Positions 1 through 15,806 of a DNA stretch of 64,000 nucleotides are shown here, one piece after another (the stretch's first letter is position 1; each line of letters opens with the position of its first letter). The DNA comes from Octopus bimaculoides (Eukaryota), in contig NC_068981.1 in the NCBI RefSeq assembly GCF_001194135.2, positions 158,657,560 to 158,721,559 on the forward strand, read 5' to 3'. A program made the position numbers and the translations under genes. Under the pieces are notes generated by a model. It was not told the origin of the DNA and made no database searches. It was given only the letters and a program-made list of their open reading frames with translations.

Positions 1-59
1 TGATGATTCTTCTAGCAAAAAAGAAAAAAAAGCATGTAGATTTTTTTTTCTACTCTTAA

Positions 60-700
60 AAGAGAGAAGACAAGGGTTGTCTGTTGGAAGGCGACAGAAA
101 TGGGAATCTGATCAATAGGTATGTATGCTAGAAGTACTGCTAAAAGTTGAGGTTTGGCAAACATCAAGAGAGAATATCATCCACTAAATGAGTGTTACCT
201 TGTGCAAAGGAGTAGATTTCTTCAATTTTGAAGTTTAAGTCTTTACTACAAATCCATTGAAGTTTAGGAAATTATGAGAAGTGGATCGCAGTTTTAGTGT
301 GTGCTCAAGAATATAAATGAGGTAGGAGCAAGTGTCTATAGGTTGTAGAATACAGTGGTGGATGATGTGATAAGAGACATAAGAAAATTGATGGAAGTAT
401 TCAAGTTGTTGGATAGGAGTTCTTGTTTAAAGTGAGAATTATTAATGAGGCAGATAAAGCCAGGAAGCAGTAAAACTGGCCAGAAAAGCAATTTAGAGTG
501 AAGATGGAAGTTGTTAGACCTGGTCAGCCCTGTTCAAGCTGATCTATGATTAAAGATATCAGTCACTGGCACAGTGTGTTAGGACTTATCCATCACATGT
601 GAAGGTAAAAGGATGATCTGGGTTTTTATAGATTTGTGAATATAAGGAGAGATAGTGGCAATTCAGTGCACTTCATATTCACAATTATTGCTCTAGCTTC
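60..700 (-). mobile_element. Highly degraded LINE reverse-transcriptase fragment (CR1/Jockey-like)
   Basis: The minus-strand translation gives broken RT-like pieces (ELATISPYIHKSIK.., RSTSHNFLNF, MIFSLDV) with many stops and frameshifts. Confidence 0.35.
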
Positions 701-981
701 AATTCATTACCTCTTCCAAGCTTGCATATACCTATACATACTGATTCTGCTAACCCTTAATATTTTTTCTCCCTCTGATTATATGTTTGTGTGTATATAT
801 TTATAACAAATCTTTGACTTAAGTTCATGTGTGGTCATACTCCCCTATATTTCCCGTATTTTTTCTTACATCCATCAACTTCATTCATCCCCTTTTCATT
901 TCTCTTTACAAGCTAATCTTACTTTTACCAAACCTCATAAAATTTACTTGTGGAAATTAACAAGATTTGTATCTTCTCCAG

Positions 982-3900
982 CTTGCTGTAATGCATGGAT
1001 TTGGAGGATGTCAAAGTAAAGAGAAAGCTGCATGGTTGTCTTATGCCATTGATACCTGGTTTAAGGAAAACAGTAAGTTGTTTACCAAACACTTTCGAGC
1101 ATTATATAGTCTGTTGCTTATTTTATATTGGTGGAACATGAATTATACAAATGAGTTAAGTATGGAGTGTTTTGTGAGGAAATCTGAGTTATGAAAGTGG
1201 TTAAGCATCAAAGACAAGTAAATATATGCAGAACTTGTGGATAGATGTTGGGTAAAAAAAGATTGTTAATCATGTAAAAATCATGCAGTAGAGGTAAAGT
1301 ATGAAAGGCCTGAGAATACTGGCTTCACATGTAAAGCAAGATACAAACAGAGATGATGTGGTGTTGTATCGCAGATACTAGTGATACTTACTAGCATGGA
1401 AGAGTGAACAGTTAAGTTTTGGTGGCAACATTTATTTTTCCTAAAATGGCAAACTGGCAGAATCATTACTGCACCAGACAAAATGTTTAGCTGCATTTCT
1501 TCTAACTTTATGTTCTGAGTTGACTTTGCTTTTCATCCTTTCAGAGTCTATAAAGTAAGTACTAGTTGATTACTGGATCATTGTAATCAACTTATCCCTT
1601 TCCTTGAAATAGCTGGCCTTGTGCCAAAATTTGAAACCAATATTTTTCCTGGCACCAAGTAGCCATGATAACCAAAATCCTTGGACAATTGCTTCTGTTA
1701 GAGAGGTGTTGTTTCTTATTTTGTTTTCATGGTTATAAAATTGCCAAAATTACATCTGAAAGGCTTGAACTTCTTCAAGGCCTGAAAATATTACCCTGAA
1801 CTCTAATTCACATACCTGGAACAATGCAGTTGCTACCTACATTATATACTATTTCCAAAAATGGACTATTATGGCGATTGGCAACCACTAACATTACACA
1901 TATTGTGTACTATCTGTTGCTCCCACATGTCATCCTTATTGTCTCGCTCTTCAAACTTTGTAATAAACACTTAACTTATCCCTTCAGATTTGCAACTCCT
2001 CTGTATTGGGCTCACTAGTAAGAGAACACCTTCATTGCTGCTACTTACAAGATTACAGTGACTTTAAGGTTCTTAAAGCACAAGTATTACTAAGATTTAT
2101 CTAGGATACTCAACTATAGTTTCTTGCTTCCAGCCTGGGGCCTCGTATTAGTCATTTTCATTACTTGATTGCTATTTTACTTTATCACCCTTTAGAAGAA
2201 TGAAAGAAAAAGTTGAACTCAGAACAAATACCACAAAACATTTTGGTTAATGGTTTGTTCTTCCACCTATCTTCATTTGAATGGTATGTTAAAATTGTCT
2301 TCAATATGAACTGGATTGTAATAGTCCCTCATCACTAGAGTTTTGAGTACTTATTTTAATGACTACATAATTATAGATGGAGATTTTAAGCAACAAGCAA
2401 TTAGTGTAAAGTCCTTCTCAGAAGGCCTAAACATCTGCACCACCATATATATCTCTATTTATAAGCTTTGTTTTCTTAATATATTTTTACTTTTAATCCT
2501 AGATAATCTTGACCCATATGAAGTTGAAGATTTCCTCACAGATGTTATGAACAAAGAATTTGACACAATAGCAGATGATGGTAGCGTTCCTTTGGTATGT
2601 TTGGAGGGAATTTTCATCATGGGTTGCATAAATCTTTTCATTTAAATAGTTAGAATATGTTTAGTTTGATAACCTTCTTAGTACTAACCATGAAGGAAGC
2701 CTCAAGATGACTGACTACAGTCCCATGAGATGCTAAAATGGTTTAGTTGACAAGGACATCTATCAAACAAGTAAGGTGTGTCTTGGTGTCTTGAATGTGA
2801 AATTTATGATAATCTCCAGTACACATCACCTAATAAACAAGCAGCATACTGGAAGTTGTCAAAAGAGATCCTCGTAAAATATGGTTCAATGTAGTCACCT
2901 ACCTGTTCTTAAGTCACAAGAGATGATGAATGGCTGTTAAAATATACATCTAAAGCTATGAGCTAACTGAACAGTGTTGATGATGAATAGGTGATTGTTT
3001 AGTCTCCAACTGAATGGTTTCACTATCATCATATGTCTGTTTTCTCATGCTGGCATATGTTGAACAAATCAATGTCTCACCACTTCATCATCTGGCATAT
3101 GTGGCAAGAGAAAAGCCTACCATTTTTTTCCCCTTACTTGCCTTGCCTAGCAGAGGAGGTTGCACTTATAGCCTTCCAGTGAAACTTGTCATTAATGTTC
3201 CTCTTGAAACTTTGTAAAGCAATGTCTACAGGAGAAGGCAAAGAATTCCAGAGAGCTGTTATTCCATGATGAACAGGATGTGGTGATTGGTGTGGGTGTT
3301 GGACACAACTTGGGTAACAAAAAAGCTAGAGATGTGGGAGTGGGGATGGAATGAAGAATGCCCAAGTTGGGTGGCATGAGCCCAGCAGTCATCAAGGAGC
3401 AAAGACCATTATAGTTGCAGGGGAACTGACAAAAACAGTGTACTGGTGGGCCAGGGGTTGGGGCATGGATGAGTAACTTTATGCAGTTGAGTGGCCCTTT
3501 TCTGGTTATCTGCGTGTACAGCAGCAGCACTATCATGAATGTGACAGCAATACTCCATTATTGCTTGTGTTATAGGTTTGCTGGATGCCCTTCATATCAC
3601 CAGTTCCCTTACAGGATGGACTGGACACATTTTATTGTGCCACCAGCATTAGAGGGAGAGTTTGCAGTAGGACTAAAGAAACCCCTTAACTTCTGGGTCT
3701 TGTGTAGTTCACATCCTTCATCCCTATTTTTTGGTTTTTTGCTAGATGTATTCTATTTACTTTGAAACATATTTTCATAAATTGTATGAATTAACATGCC
3801 AATAAATTTCTTCTACAATCTAATACTTTAACCACTGTATATTCTCCCTACTGACCTTCATCATTACTTAGTATCCCCATCAACTAATGACTTGCATTCC

Positions 3901-5815
3901 ATTCTTTATGAACCCCTATATCCAGATGGCAGCTGAGATTTGTACCATTTACAAACTCTGTCAAAACAACAATGTGGAAGAGGTTAACAAACGGATTGAG
4001 AGGTTACCAAATGCAAATATTCAGAAATCTGTGCGTGCTGATAGTGATGAAGAAGAAATTGGGGTCTGTAATTCTTTTTACCTTTGTATTTTAATTCAGT
4101 TATATATTTTTTCATACTATCAGAGCAACACTTCTAGATGTAATGTAAGAATTGCCTTTAAAAAAAAATGGTTTTCTTTAATCACTTGTATATATCTAGA
4201 CAAAGGCTTCCGTAGTGCTTCATTGACTATATCACTTCAATAGATTTGATAGGTCTGCAGTAACTAACTCCAAGCTAACTATAACCATGTCATTAATTAC
4301 CAAACTTTTTTTGCTTTAGTAAAGCAGCCTTATTTTCTTACACATTATACAAACTGCAACCTTTAAATATAATTGCTGCATTTACTCTTTGGACATCACC
4401 TATACACTATACAGCTGATGTTATGGGTTTTTTTTCTTTTAAATAATCTTTTCTAATACATTCTCATACTTCCATACTATCTTAATTGTCCATGTTCAAT
4501 TTTCATTTAACATCTACTGAAATTCAGTTGCTCCGAATTCCTGAATTAAATTCATCACATTTTAAACTCAAATAGTTCAAGTTGCTTACTCAGCAAATAT
4601 GAGTAATATTTTCTGTTGATTATTATTTCATTACTTTAGAGGCTGTCCATGATTTATATTTAAAGTGTTGATGACTAAGTTATTAGGATACTTGACAAGC
4701 AGCCAAGGAGTCAATCTGCTATGGCTGTCTCTGCTTTGCTGAAGATGTGAACTGCAGAGTAAAAATACTTAGTCATTCAGCTTAGGTGTGTAGATTCTAC
4801 CCAGCAGGTTTGCTTTTGATATGCTATGTTGGACTATGGCTTCAGCTGTGGTTCATTGACTTAACCCTTTAGCATTTAAACCAGCCACATCCAGCCAAAA
4901 TATGTTACCGGTTTTATGTTCAAACCAACCAGATCCAGCCTCTCACACTTACCCTTCAAAATATATACAACCACATCAAAATTTTGAAGCAACAAAATAA
5001 TGCATGAGTAATTAAAAACAATGTGAATGAAAAAGCATTACATTTGACAGAATAATCTGAATACTAAAGGGTTAATCATTTAGATAGATTTGATAGGTCT
5101 GTGGCTATATGCATATCATATGTGACTGACGTGAGTTTTATGGCTGCATGTGCTGACTCAAATTTGTGGAGAAAATTATTATTTGAAAGTGTAAAGCAAG
5201 CGCTTTGGATTGTTCATAAGGCATAAATATTTCTCCTTTTCTCTCCCATTAGATTGATTCTTATATAATGAATCAATCTAAGGGAATACGAGATGAGAAA
5301 TAGGGTTTTTCTACCTGAAACCAATGTTGTGATATTTATATCCTCTAAAACTACAATCCTGAAAACATTTGCACCTCCAAACCAGGATTGTACTTAATTA
5401 TAGTTGTTTTAAAATAAAGTTTCAAGTTTTTTTTTTTTTTTTTTTTTTTTTTTGTTCATGAATTTATCAGATTTTTTTCATGTTTTACAGACTGAGAGTA
5501 ACTGTTTGCCAAATGGAAATAATTCCACAAATTCTACAGCTAAAGATACTGATGTTACAATGGATGAAATAAATACAACTGCTCCCTCAGGTAAATGAAC
5601 GTTTGAATTTGCCTACTATATCATATCATTCCTGTTAAGTTTGGTAATTATTACATAATTGCTATACACCCTATATAAGCAGTTAACTTTTTCCTTGAAA
5701 TAGATTGAAAATATTTCCTTAAAATTGTTCTTAATTTATTTCAGAAGACCAAGTCATGGATGCTGAAGAAGATGGTTGGCATGTGGTGAGAAAGAATAGA
5801 CAGAAGAGGGCATAG
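982..5815 (+). CDS. TSR2: Pre-rRNA-processing protein TSR2 homolog, 3' five coding exons; the 5' exon(s) lie upstream of the window
   Basis: Exons 982-1072, 2503-2594, 3926-4063, 5491-5590 and 5745-5815 have AG/GT ends and consistent phases. Translation LAVMHGFGGCQSKEKAAWLSYAIDTWFKEN-NNLDPYEVEDFLTDVMNKEFDTIADDGSVPL matches the TSR2 WGG domain (human LAVENGFGG..EKAKWL..EVEDFL..EFDTVVEDGS). The C-terminal EEDGWHVVRK matches the conserved EDGWxxV motif. TAG at 5813-5815. Confidence 0.93.
1425..1640 (+). mobile_element. tRNA-derived SINE (family A), degraded
   Basis: Head ctggcagaatc..gttctgagtt, then ctttgcttttcatccttt..aagtactagt..ggccttgtgccaaaa. The same family occurs at 7160-7290 and in many minus-strand copies. 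Confidence 0.7.
3140..3720 (-). mobile_element. LINE (CR1/Jockey-like) ORF2 3' end remnant in a TSR2 intron
   Basis: Minus-strand AIMEYCCHIHDSAAAVHA..QKRATQL and GITALWNSLPSPVDIALQSFKRNIN match the typical MEYCSHIW..QRRAIR and RLWNSLP..SFKR post-RT motifs. The frame is disrupted. Confidence 0.8.
4861..5075. mobile_element. piggyBac-like MITE with TTAA target-site duplication
   Basis: TTAA|CCCTTTAGCA at 4861 and TACTAAAGGG|TTAA ending at 5075. Related, more degraded copies lie at about 16255-16420 and 18490-18620. Confidence 0.75.
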
Positions 5816-8010
5816 CTGAATTTATCATCTTCACATGATGTTATATATCTTTGATTCAATTCAAACATTCAAAATGAGCTTGAGTGTCTTAAATCATAAT
5901 CATCTTAAATTATTTTGATATCTGCAACTATAAGATCATTGAAATATTTATAATTAATGCTGGACCTTTTAATCTGCACACAGTGCTCTACAATTTAATC
6001 AAACATTTGAAGCATGGAATTATAAAAGACAACTCCAAAACAGAAGATGAAGCTGAGAATTTATGCAGTGCATATTCAAAATTTAAACCATCTGATTGAC
6101 TATATGCTAATTTGGAACTTTGTAAATACTTTAACTTTGTAATAATAACTACTGAGTTCTGGTGAACCAAGAATTGTTGAGTTTTGTTTCTTGACTAAAT
6201 TATGTAGTTTGTTTTTATGAACATAATCTGGCTGTGTTTCATTTTTAAAATGTATCTGCATTGGTTTTGTCTATGAGTATTCACTTGTTAGATTATCAAA
6301 GCCATCTACTAATAGAATTAGCTTGTAAGATTTTGGACCTTCTGATGAATTATAGATACAGTTGGCTTTCACAGTTTGTCTACCCAATTTCATTAAGGTG
6401 CTATGCAGTAGGATCAGCAATCTGAAATCTAACGGCAATTCAGCCCTGCTGCACTGGGTTATATTAAGGAGAATAAACAGAGGTACTTCCTAAAGTAACT
6501 TTTTCTTGTATTAGTAATCTACAGTCGCTTGTACAAGCAGAAATTGCAGCATGTCTTCTGCAAGAAAAGCCTATTCCAATTACAAACAACTAATAGTTCA
6601 AGTATAAGACTAATTCTCTGATTTTATCCTAACCCAGCATCATGTTGACTGTAAGCAAGAGAGATTGAATAACTGAAGAATATTTTAACTTGCAATTAAG
6701 CCAATTATCTTGTATGGACAAACCATCATATAAACTGGAATAAAGTTCAACTGGTTTCATCTTTCAGCAGTTTGTTCCTGCAGTGGATCTGCTCCAAGAC
6801 ACATAATAAGTAAATGGTGGTGATGTAGGAAAATCTCAAATATTAATTTGTGGAGGAAAAAAGTGCAATGATATCATTGAAAGCTGATTGTTTTCAGTTT
6901 ACCATAGTGGTTTAATATGAATTAAAACCAGTCTTTTTGTTCAACCAAGCATTGCATCTCTATGGATCAGAAAGTTGGTAGTGTGTTCTTTTCTTCTTAG
7001 TGGTACAGTAGCCCAAACTAATATATATATATTACTCTTGCCACAACATTAGCAAAATTTTTGCCATCCCTACTGTACATGACAAGATTTGCATCCATAT
7101 AATTCTTCCTTTGGCATGGCATTAGGTAAATTTATAACCATCTTAATATTAAAAATGAAAGGGTGATGAGCTGGCAAAATTATTAGCAGCATTTCATCCG
7201 ACTATGTTCTGAGTTCAAATGCTACCAAAGTCAATAAAATAAGTACCAGTTAAGCATTGGGGCTGATGTCATTGACTTACCACTGACCCTGTGCCAAAAT
7301 TTGAAATCAGTATTATTAAACATGATTTATATTACCCTTTTGAATTCTCACAGACCCCTTTCCACTTGTATGAAGATAAGGATGTTTGGTTGAAATCAAT
7401 GTGGTTAATGTTCAGTTTGAATTAAGTTTGTGGTTCAAGACTAGAAGAGATTCAGTGGAATGTATTTTCTTCAGGTGAGGGGAAAAAAAAATACAATATT
7501 ATAAGGCCAATGGTTTTTTTGGGTTTTTTTTTTTCAGTTGCATGCCTTTCTGCCCAAATGTGATGTAGTAATGAAGCATGTCAATCAACACAAATAGATA
7601 TTTTAACTCTTAATCATAAGTTCATTAGTACAGTACATTGTCATACCTACTGTGATTCATAACTAATTACAGCTTATGAATGTCTTAAATAATCATCATG
7701 ATCTTATACCATCATGAATTTAATGAAATAGATTAACTGTAAATTAGATCAACATTCTTTCTTGTGTTGAATGAAGAACTTTCAGTATGATCAGAACAAT
7801 ATATGGACACATATTTACAGTGGCAAACACATACTCCATTTCCTTCACATATATACATGCACTTCAAAAACTGGGATTGATATGTCAAATAAATTTAGTC
7901 TATAAGTATAAAAAATTATTTATTTATGATTTCTGAAAGCCATTGACGATTTTAAGTAAAGCTGTAGAAAGTTCCAATTACTTTTTTTGTCTAATCTCTT
8001 GCTGCCAATA

Positions 8011-11000
8011 TTATCTGACAGGAATTTGTACAGTTAATTTCTTGTGTGTTGTCTCTTCTTGGCAAACAACTTCTAGGAATTTATCTCTGAAGAAGAAAAA
8101 TGAAAAATAACAAGTGAATATTTAGAAAGAGAATGTTGAATCAATCAAATGAATTGTTAACAGTTACATTTCTACAGATTGGATTTTTGAAATTGATAGT
8201 GCCACATTGTAAACAATAGTGTCTGTTGATGATCCAGTGGGTGAGCTACTGTGAGGGTCACAAGTTAGTTAAAAATAGTGCCCAAATCTTTGTGTCTTAT
8301 AACAAAGAACACATGAGATATGTAAGGAGTACTATGTATGAAACAGACCAGCATTACTGGAAAATCTGAAATATGCTGCATTACACTTCATCTAATGCAC
8401 AAACATGCCTAAAAGTTGAACAGGTTTAAATTTATGGTACAAAACTCTGCTCAAATTCAATTCACTCAAATACCTTTAATCACAGGTTTACTTGATAACA
8501 GTTGAATGGGGCTAAATAACAATACTTTTAACTAGATATTAAATATAAATTACAAAATTGTAAATGAAGTTTGTAAATACCTTGTTAAAACAAACGACGT
8601 TGATATAGGAGCTTCTTGAGCAATATTTTTCATTACAACCTGCATGGGAAAGGTTATCAAATTACAATTAATTTTATTGGCATATTCTGTGCCACATCTA
8701 AAGCATAAAAATACATGTGGAAGAGAAAACTAGAGAAGAGATTCTAAAAAAGGAAACAAAACCTAGGTTTCAAAATAAACCTATCAAAGGAATAGATCTC
8801 AGCAGGAAAGAAGCTATGCTAGATATACTGAAAAGGAATAGGTAAGAACTCTGTTGTTTACCCAAAATAAACAATGAGTACACAGGTTAGCTGTAAGAAC
8901 ATCCAAGAAAAAAAAAATTTTCCAATGCTCAGGCTTTGATAATTCATTGATAACTTCTGATATCTATATGACCTAACTAACAGCAGCAGAAGATGTTCCT
9001 AAAACATAGCTAAATTAAGAACAAATTGAGAAAAATTCAGGGAGCTATTTACTTCTGCTAGCAACTCAAGTAGAATAAACCTGCAGAAGACAATCTGGGG
9101 AACAATGAGGATAAACATCACTAAATATGATTTTGCAATAAATAGACACCAGCTGAAGAAGACTCATCCAATCCATGCATGTTTAGAAAAACACATAAAA
9201 TGAGGATTATGATTATTACCTGACCAATGGTGTTTTTACTACTGGGAACACTTCAAGGAAAAGTATATTTAAAAATGTATTTTGTCTTATTTCTATCTAA
9301 CTTTTTTGTGCTGTAATATTTACAATGTAATGATTATCTTAATTTCATAGTCACTATTACTGACATACCAGAAGTTATAAAATGTTTTTTTGTTTTTATT
9401 CATCAATATATATAATTCCCACTGCAAATAAATATATAAAATAATGTATAAATAATAGTTTCAAATTTTAGCTCAGAGTCAGGAGAAGGGGTAAGTTGAT
9501 TGCAGCAACTCCAGTCTTCAAGTGGTATCAATGTAAAAGGCTTCAGAATCGACAGAAAATATAAACTACTTACCGATGCAAGAAGTTTATCACTATTCTC
9601 ATCACCCTCGTCCCTTTCAGGACAATCATCCAATTCCAAAACATCAAGAAAGAATGCACTTTCTTGAGACGAAGCTGAAAAGACAAATTTCTGGTGGGAA
9701 GGAATTGGAGTAGATTTGCTAAATACAGTCTGGAAATCCTTATAAGTAGTTTTGTCTCGATTCTCTCGCACCTGAAAAACATTTAATAAAAATTATGCAT
9801 TTTAACCTTCTTTTCAATCTATTTTCTGAATTAGCATGTGTATGACAATGAGTAGGGTAAAAGCTTAAGAAAATTAAGTACTGTCGTTTTAGAGATTATA
9901 GAAATGCTAATGACAATAGCAAGAGGTACAAAGCCTTTAAATTAAGTTATTGATACTCTTACGTGAATTACATAAGACTGTCACAACAGCAACAATATAA
10001 GGTCATAAATTATAGCTAGGTGTCTGAAGTGATATAACAATAGTTTACACCTGAAAACTCTCTGGAATACCAACAAAGATAAAAATTTATATAACACTAT
10101 CTTTAAGAAACTATTATGAACTAAATAGAATTTACATGAATCAAACATAAAACAATTACATGTCAAAATTCTGCAGAATCCAATAATTTATCAAAACTTA
10201 CTTTTACTGCAATTGCTTGAGACAGAATCTTCACTTTATTTTGATGTTCACTCTCAGGAATTAATTTGTTTTTAAAAGTTTTCAAAATACTGGTCTGATG
10301 AACAGAAAAACAAAATCACTTAATTACAATTTAGCATCTCTTTTAAATACTACACAGGAGGATAAATCATTTTCTTTTTATGCAAATATTCCATACTATC
10401 CAATATAAATACTGTCAAATACAACCAACCCAGTTTGGTAAATTTGGACATTTCAGAAAAGTATTTAATACAGCAACATGTCTAATACAAGATTTTCATT
10501 CATGAGTAACTGGTAGTTGCAAATGAAAAGAGAAAGACTGAGGTGCTATCACACACCAACAAGATTTACCAACTAAAAGAAGAAAATAACCCCATCTTAT
10601 ATTCAAAATCATCATTTACATTTTTTTACACTAGCATTTATCGGATAAGATAGCAATTCTCATCAATGTACCCACTCTACCCTACCCTTTTTTGCTCAAT
10701 GTAACTTTTAGGACATTGATTCATTCGTTTTTATCACAAGTCCAAACCAGACATAGTTTAATATCTGTAAAATTTGTACATTGCAACTCCTGTAATTTAC
10801 TGATAAATCTTTCACTATCATTAAATCATTCAATGTCCCTCCTTTGATGCCTATTTTTTTTATTGACTATCTAGTAATTAAGGTTTAAAGTTGTCTTACC
10901 TCTTTAGCTGCCCCAATAGCAATGACCTCATCTGGTGGAATGTGATTCAAGATTTTGGCATTTGGAAAAGTTTCAGACACCATCTTCTGCACCAATGGAA

Positions 11001-14000
11001 CTTTAGAGCCACCACCACAAAGTATGACCTGGATGACAAAGTATAAAATATATCTCAAGTCTCAAAATATATCTCAAGTCTAAAATATATCTCAAAAATA
11101 TATCGTAAGTAAATCACAAAAACATTAAAATATACACACATATGCATATGTATATCCAAAAACACATACATACAACAATATATATAATACAGATTGACAA
11201 GGTAACATATTCAAACATAAATTTATTTGCTACTGAAGCTTGTTTTAGCTATCATGGCTAAAAGCATGCTAGATCACTGCCTTCAGTACATGTGTATACA
11301 CACACACACACACACCTGTCAGATCCCATCATTATTAATTAACAGATACTTTACCTTTTCAATATCAGATTTCTGTAAATCTGCATTGCTAAGAACTTCT
11401 TCAATTTTAGCAATACAACGGTTTTTCAAGGAGGTACAAAGACTCTCAAATCTGGCCCTGTTCGGAGAAAAGAAATTAAGTAAACCAATCACAACACAAT
11501 ATTTTAGATACAATATCAGTTTTTTTTTTTTGGCAGGCAGACAGTTGATTAAAATACAATTTATCAGAAATGGTTTAAAAAAAGAAGAAAAAAAAACAAG
11601 AAACCAATATAATAGTTGCTTGAATCAACAATTGAATTACAGCAGATATTAAAATAAGGTTATTGAGTTGAATATGTTTTATATATGTTACCTAGTCTTG
11701 ACGTCTTGCACTAATTAAAAACAAAACTTTGCTGTGACGTTAATTTGCAGTCTTCCATGAAAACATGACCACACTAAAGAAGAAAATATTACCTTATTGG
11801 GGGAGGGGGTCTCCTGGGCTTGACATCTAGTAAAGATTATAAACACTTTTCACTATCATACAAAGGGTAACATTTATTTGTAGTCCTCTGTGAAAGAATA
11901 TCCAGATAAGGGGAAATATTATTTTCCTTGGAAAAAGGTGATGGTTGGCAACAAGAAAGCAACCAGTCATAAAAAATCGCTGTGTGAGTGAGATGAGATT
12001 TATTGAAACAGAGTTATGATGATGATCGCCATATTTTATTAAAATATATTTTTTATAAAAATGTAAAACTAGTGTAGCTTGTATGTGTGTGTGTATGTCT
12101 ATCATGTTTGTTTAGTGATAGATCATACTTCTGTATTGCAGTTACCCATAATGTGAGAAGTTATCATCTCAACACTGAATGATAAGATGTAGCATATGGC
12201 AGGTAAAGTTCAGACATATGTAACAATGTCAAACAGACTCTAGAGCTGTATAAAACATGTGAACTGTGTTAGACATTAGGCTACCAGTTCCTAGTCTGTA
12301 AATTCATATCCTCTGAAGAGTTTTTGTGGTATCACTGAACATGTTTACTTAATTTTGTAGGCTTTACTTCAACAAGTAGTTGGGAATAGGTACTGGATCT
12401 CCTGAAAATGTTACTTTCAATAGATTGGTATCTTGTCCAGTTAAGTATGATCTCTCATCTACTAAATATTACAGAATCCCCTGCTGAATATTTACTGTAT
12501 GATGATGTTTAACCCAAAATTAACCTTGATCAAAAGTGCTCCAGCAGAAATTGTCCCAACCTTTTAGGTTAATATAAGAATACATTAACTAATGTATCCT
12601 TTTACTTAAGATAGTATATTGTAATTTGAGGGAGATTTGGCTACTATTCAAAGCAGGTTGAGCCACCATGGAGAGGTTCTCTCACTGGCTAGGGGAGATA
12701 TCCTTTCATCACTGCTGATTCTTACCTAATGCACACTGGGTAAACAAGAAACTGCTAAAACACCAAACAATATAAGAAAGTTCTAAATTCAATGTACCAA
12801 AATATATTCCTATGACTAAAACTTATATAGAATCTTGCTGTAAAATGAAACTTGGAAACAGTACTAGAAGCTATTAGGTATGTCACAAGTAGCCTTAGTT
12901 TTATATGTCAGATCTGAAGTCAGAATAACTAAACAACAGGATGTCATTTTGCTGATTTAAAACAACACGGAAACTTGCTTGTTACTCTTCTTTCACCTTT
13001 TAATTTTTCTAAGACCAGACTATGAAAATAGGACACTAAATACAAACTAATGACTAGATCACAAATTCAAACTGAATTAGAGACAAGAAGTTTCAGTTAA
13101 AACATACATATACCTGTGCTAAAAAACAAATTCCACTTCATACTCAAGTGGCTATCTATGGGAGACATGGTATTTAAAAAAAACTAACTGATCAATCCTG
13201 ACATTAAAAACGTATGTGAAAACAATAAACATTATTAACACTATTTGAATACTGGAATGAACTTACCGTGAAACAGAAGTTGAGAAGTCCATGCCATCAT
13301 AGAGTGAGTCAACAGAACAATGGGAGTTACTAACAGTTGATAAGGCATGTTTGCACATCTCTGCACCTCGCTGCAATTTTGCAATTGACCGACTGTTATC
13401 ACTGATGTCATGCCGGCACTGCCTGAGAAATTAAAATTTATTTTTTGCATGTCAAACAACCTTGTATATAATTATCATTATGAACAGCAGTAGCAGTTGA
13501 TTATTGGGAAATGAAAGTAAATTAGAGATTCACTCATTGACGTGTAAGTCATTTGCTAATTATTCACTCAAATAATGTAAGAAAGTACAATACTCAAAGA
13601 CTGATGTAGCAATATTCATATTAATTACAACAAAGACAAAAGAAACATGCTGGAAGGGAGTAATTACAGAGGTTTCAAACTGTTAAAATAAGCTGAAAGA
13701 GCTTAAAGTATATTCAGCATTGGGCTAACAAAGATGCAGTTTGGGTTTACTGAACGTGACTATAGAAAAACATGGAAAAAGTTCAAGAAGCAGTTACCTA
13801 TGTCAACAATGAAGGTTTTTACAAAGTGTGATACTACATAGAAATGAAACAATTAACACATAGGAGACCTGCTGACATAGCAAAGGAGTGGCTGTGTGGT
13901 AAGTAGCTTGCTTAACAACCACATGGTTCCGGGTTCAGTCCCACTGCGTGGCACCTTGGGCAAGTGTCTCCTACTATAGCCTTGGGTCGACCAAAGCCTT

Positions 14001-15769
14001 GTGAGTGGATTTGGTGGACAGAAACTGAAAGAAGCCCGTCGTATATATGTATATATATGTACGTGTGTATGTATATGTTTGTTTGTCTGTGTTTGTCCCC
14101 CCAACATCGCTTGACAACCGATGTTGGTGTGTTTACGTCCCCGTAACTTAGTGGTTCGAGGTCGATTTGCTCGACTAAAGGTGGTGCTCCAGCATGGCCA
14201 CAGTCAAATGACTGAAACAAGTAAAAGAGTATGAAAACATTTACCTTTTGAATTCTCCTTGAAGATGTTGCAAGAGAACCTCAGTAAAGTTGTCTCCACC
14301 CAGACTGTAATCTGACACCCCTGCTACTATAGAGTAGATCCCTCCACATAACTTGATCAGTGTCACATCACAGGATACACCACCAAGTCGAAATACAAGT
14401 ACATGCCTACAATAATGGAAAGGATATTAAAAATGTATCTACCAAAAAGACACACATAAAACATGTAAACACACACCTACAAATATGTCCACAATTTTCA
14501 CACATTAACATTTAAACGATAAAGCAAATTTCGTTGTTGAAAATATGCAGAATTCAAGCAAAAAACTATTACAAACCCTGAAACGCAGGATTCATCCTGT
14601 TGCACATCATATGCTAGAGCAGCAGCTGCAGGCTCATGAATTATTCGTAGAACTTGGAAACCAACTTTTGTAGCAATCTGTCTGTAAAGAAAACAAAAAA
14701 GTATGGCAATGATCTTTTATTTGAACTTGAAGTAACATTATATAACTTTCCATACCTGTTTTTCATGTAAAAAAAAAAAGTTTTTTTAATTCCCTGTGTT
14801 CAAAAGCACAGAGCAACTGGTCATAATGTCAACAAAGAATGTAAACAATCATTTGACATTTCACTCAACTGAAGCCATGAAATATCAACATTCACACACA
14901 TTTGCACAAATACCTACATACAAATTTGATAGTATATTATGCATATTATATAACAAAGTATAGCTGATGGATGACTGAAAGAGTTTTCTTTTTCCTTACC
15001 GAAGTAGATTTTCTTGGTCCGTCGTGAAATTAACCGGTACAGCAAGTACAGCATCAAAACAGCCTTTACCAGCTTTGCTCTGACCAATCTCTGTTAAACA
15101 CAGCAGGAATAATCATGAAATAATCAGCAGATAAATAAAAATGATACAGATGTAACCACTAAGATGATATCACTTAGAAATAGTAATATACATATATATA
15201 TATAGTAACCATTAATGCTGTTAGCAGTTATGATCTATGAAAAGTTAATAGATTGACAACAGGGTTGACAGTTAAGAGAGTAATAGTAATTAAATTGTGT
15301 TGTCAGCAGATTTGAAAAGTAATGAAAGGTAAAGTAAAAAGCTTTAGAAAAGATTTTCTTTAAAATATAGCACATGAATATAAATTAGTATTCTGTGGTG
15401 ACTCTTAAAAACAATGAAAATAATTAACATGCTCAGCAATTGAAACTTAATTTGAAGTTCGTAAATGTTATTTTAGATTAATTGACATTATTTTGTACTT
15501 CATTTGATGGTTGCTAAGCTGACATTTCTAAAGCACAAAAGCCAGAGGCAATGATATGACTATGTTCAAGTTGCTAGAAATAGCAGTCAAACCACTTGGA
15601 AATTGCATCCCACTACCTTAAAAAAGAAGGAAAAACATTTTTCATAATATAGTTAAAAGAAAATGACAGGTGTTTCTGCTAGTGTGTGTGTGTATACATA
15701 TAGCATCTAAAAACAGTTGAAACAATATAGAAAAAACAAAAGATGAAACTAAAAGTGTAGAATGCTCTT

Positions 15770-15806
<37 letters not shown>

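Noticed and set aside
9403-9771. 122-aa ORF read as a stand-alone gene
   Set aside because: It is HSPA14 exon 12 (9574-9771) running on into the intron.
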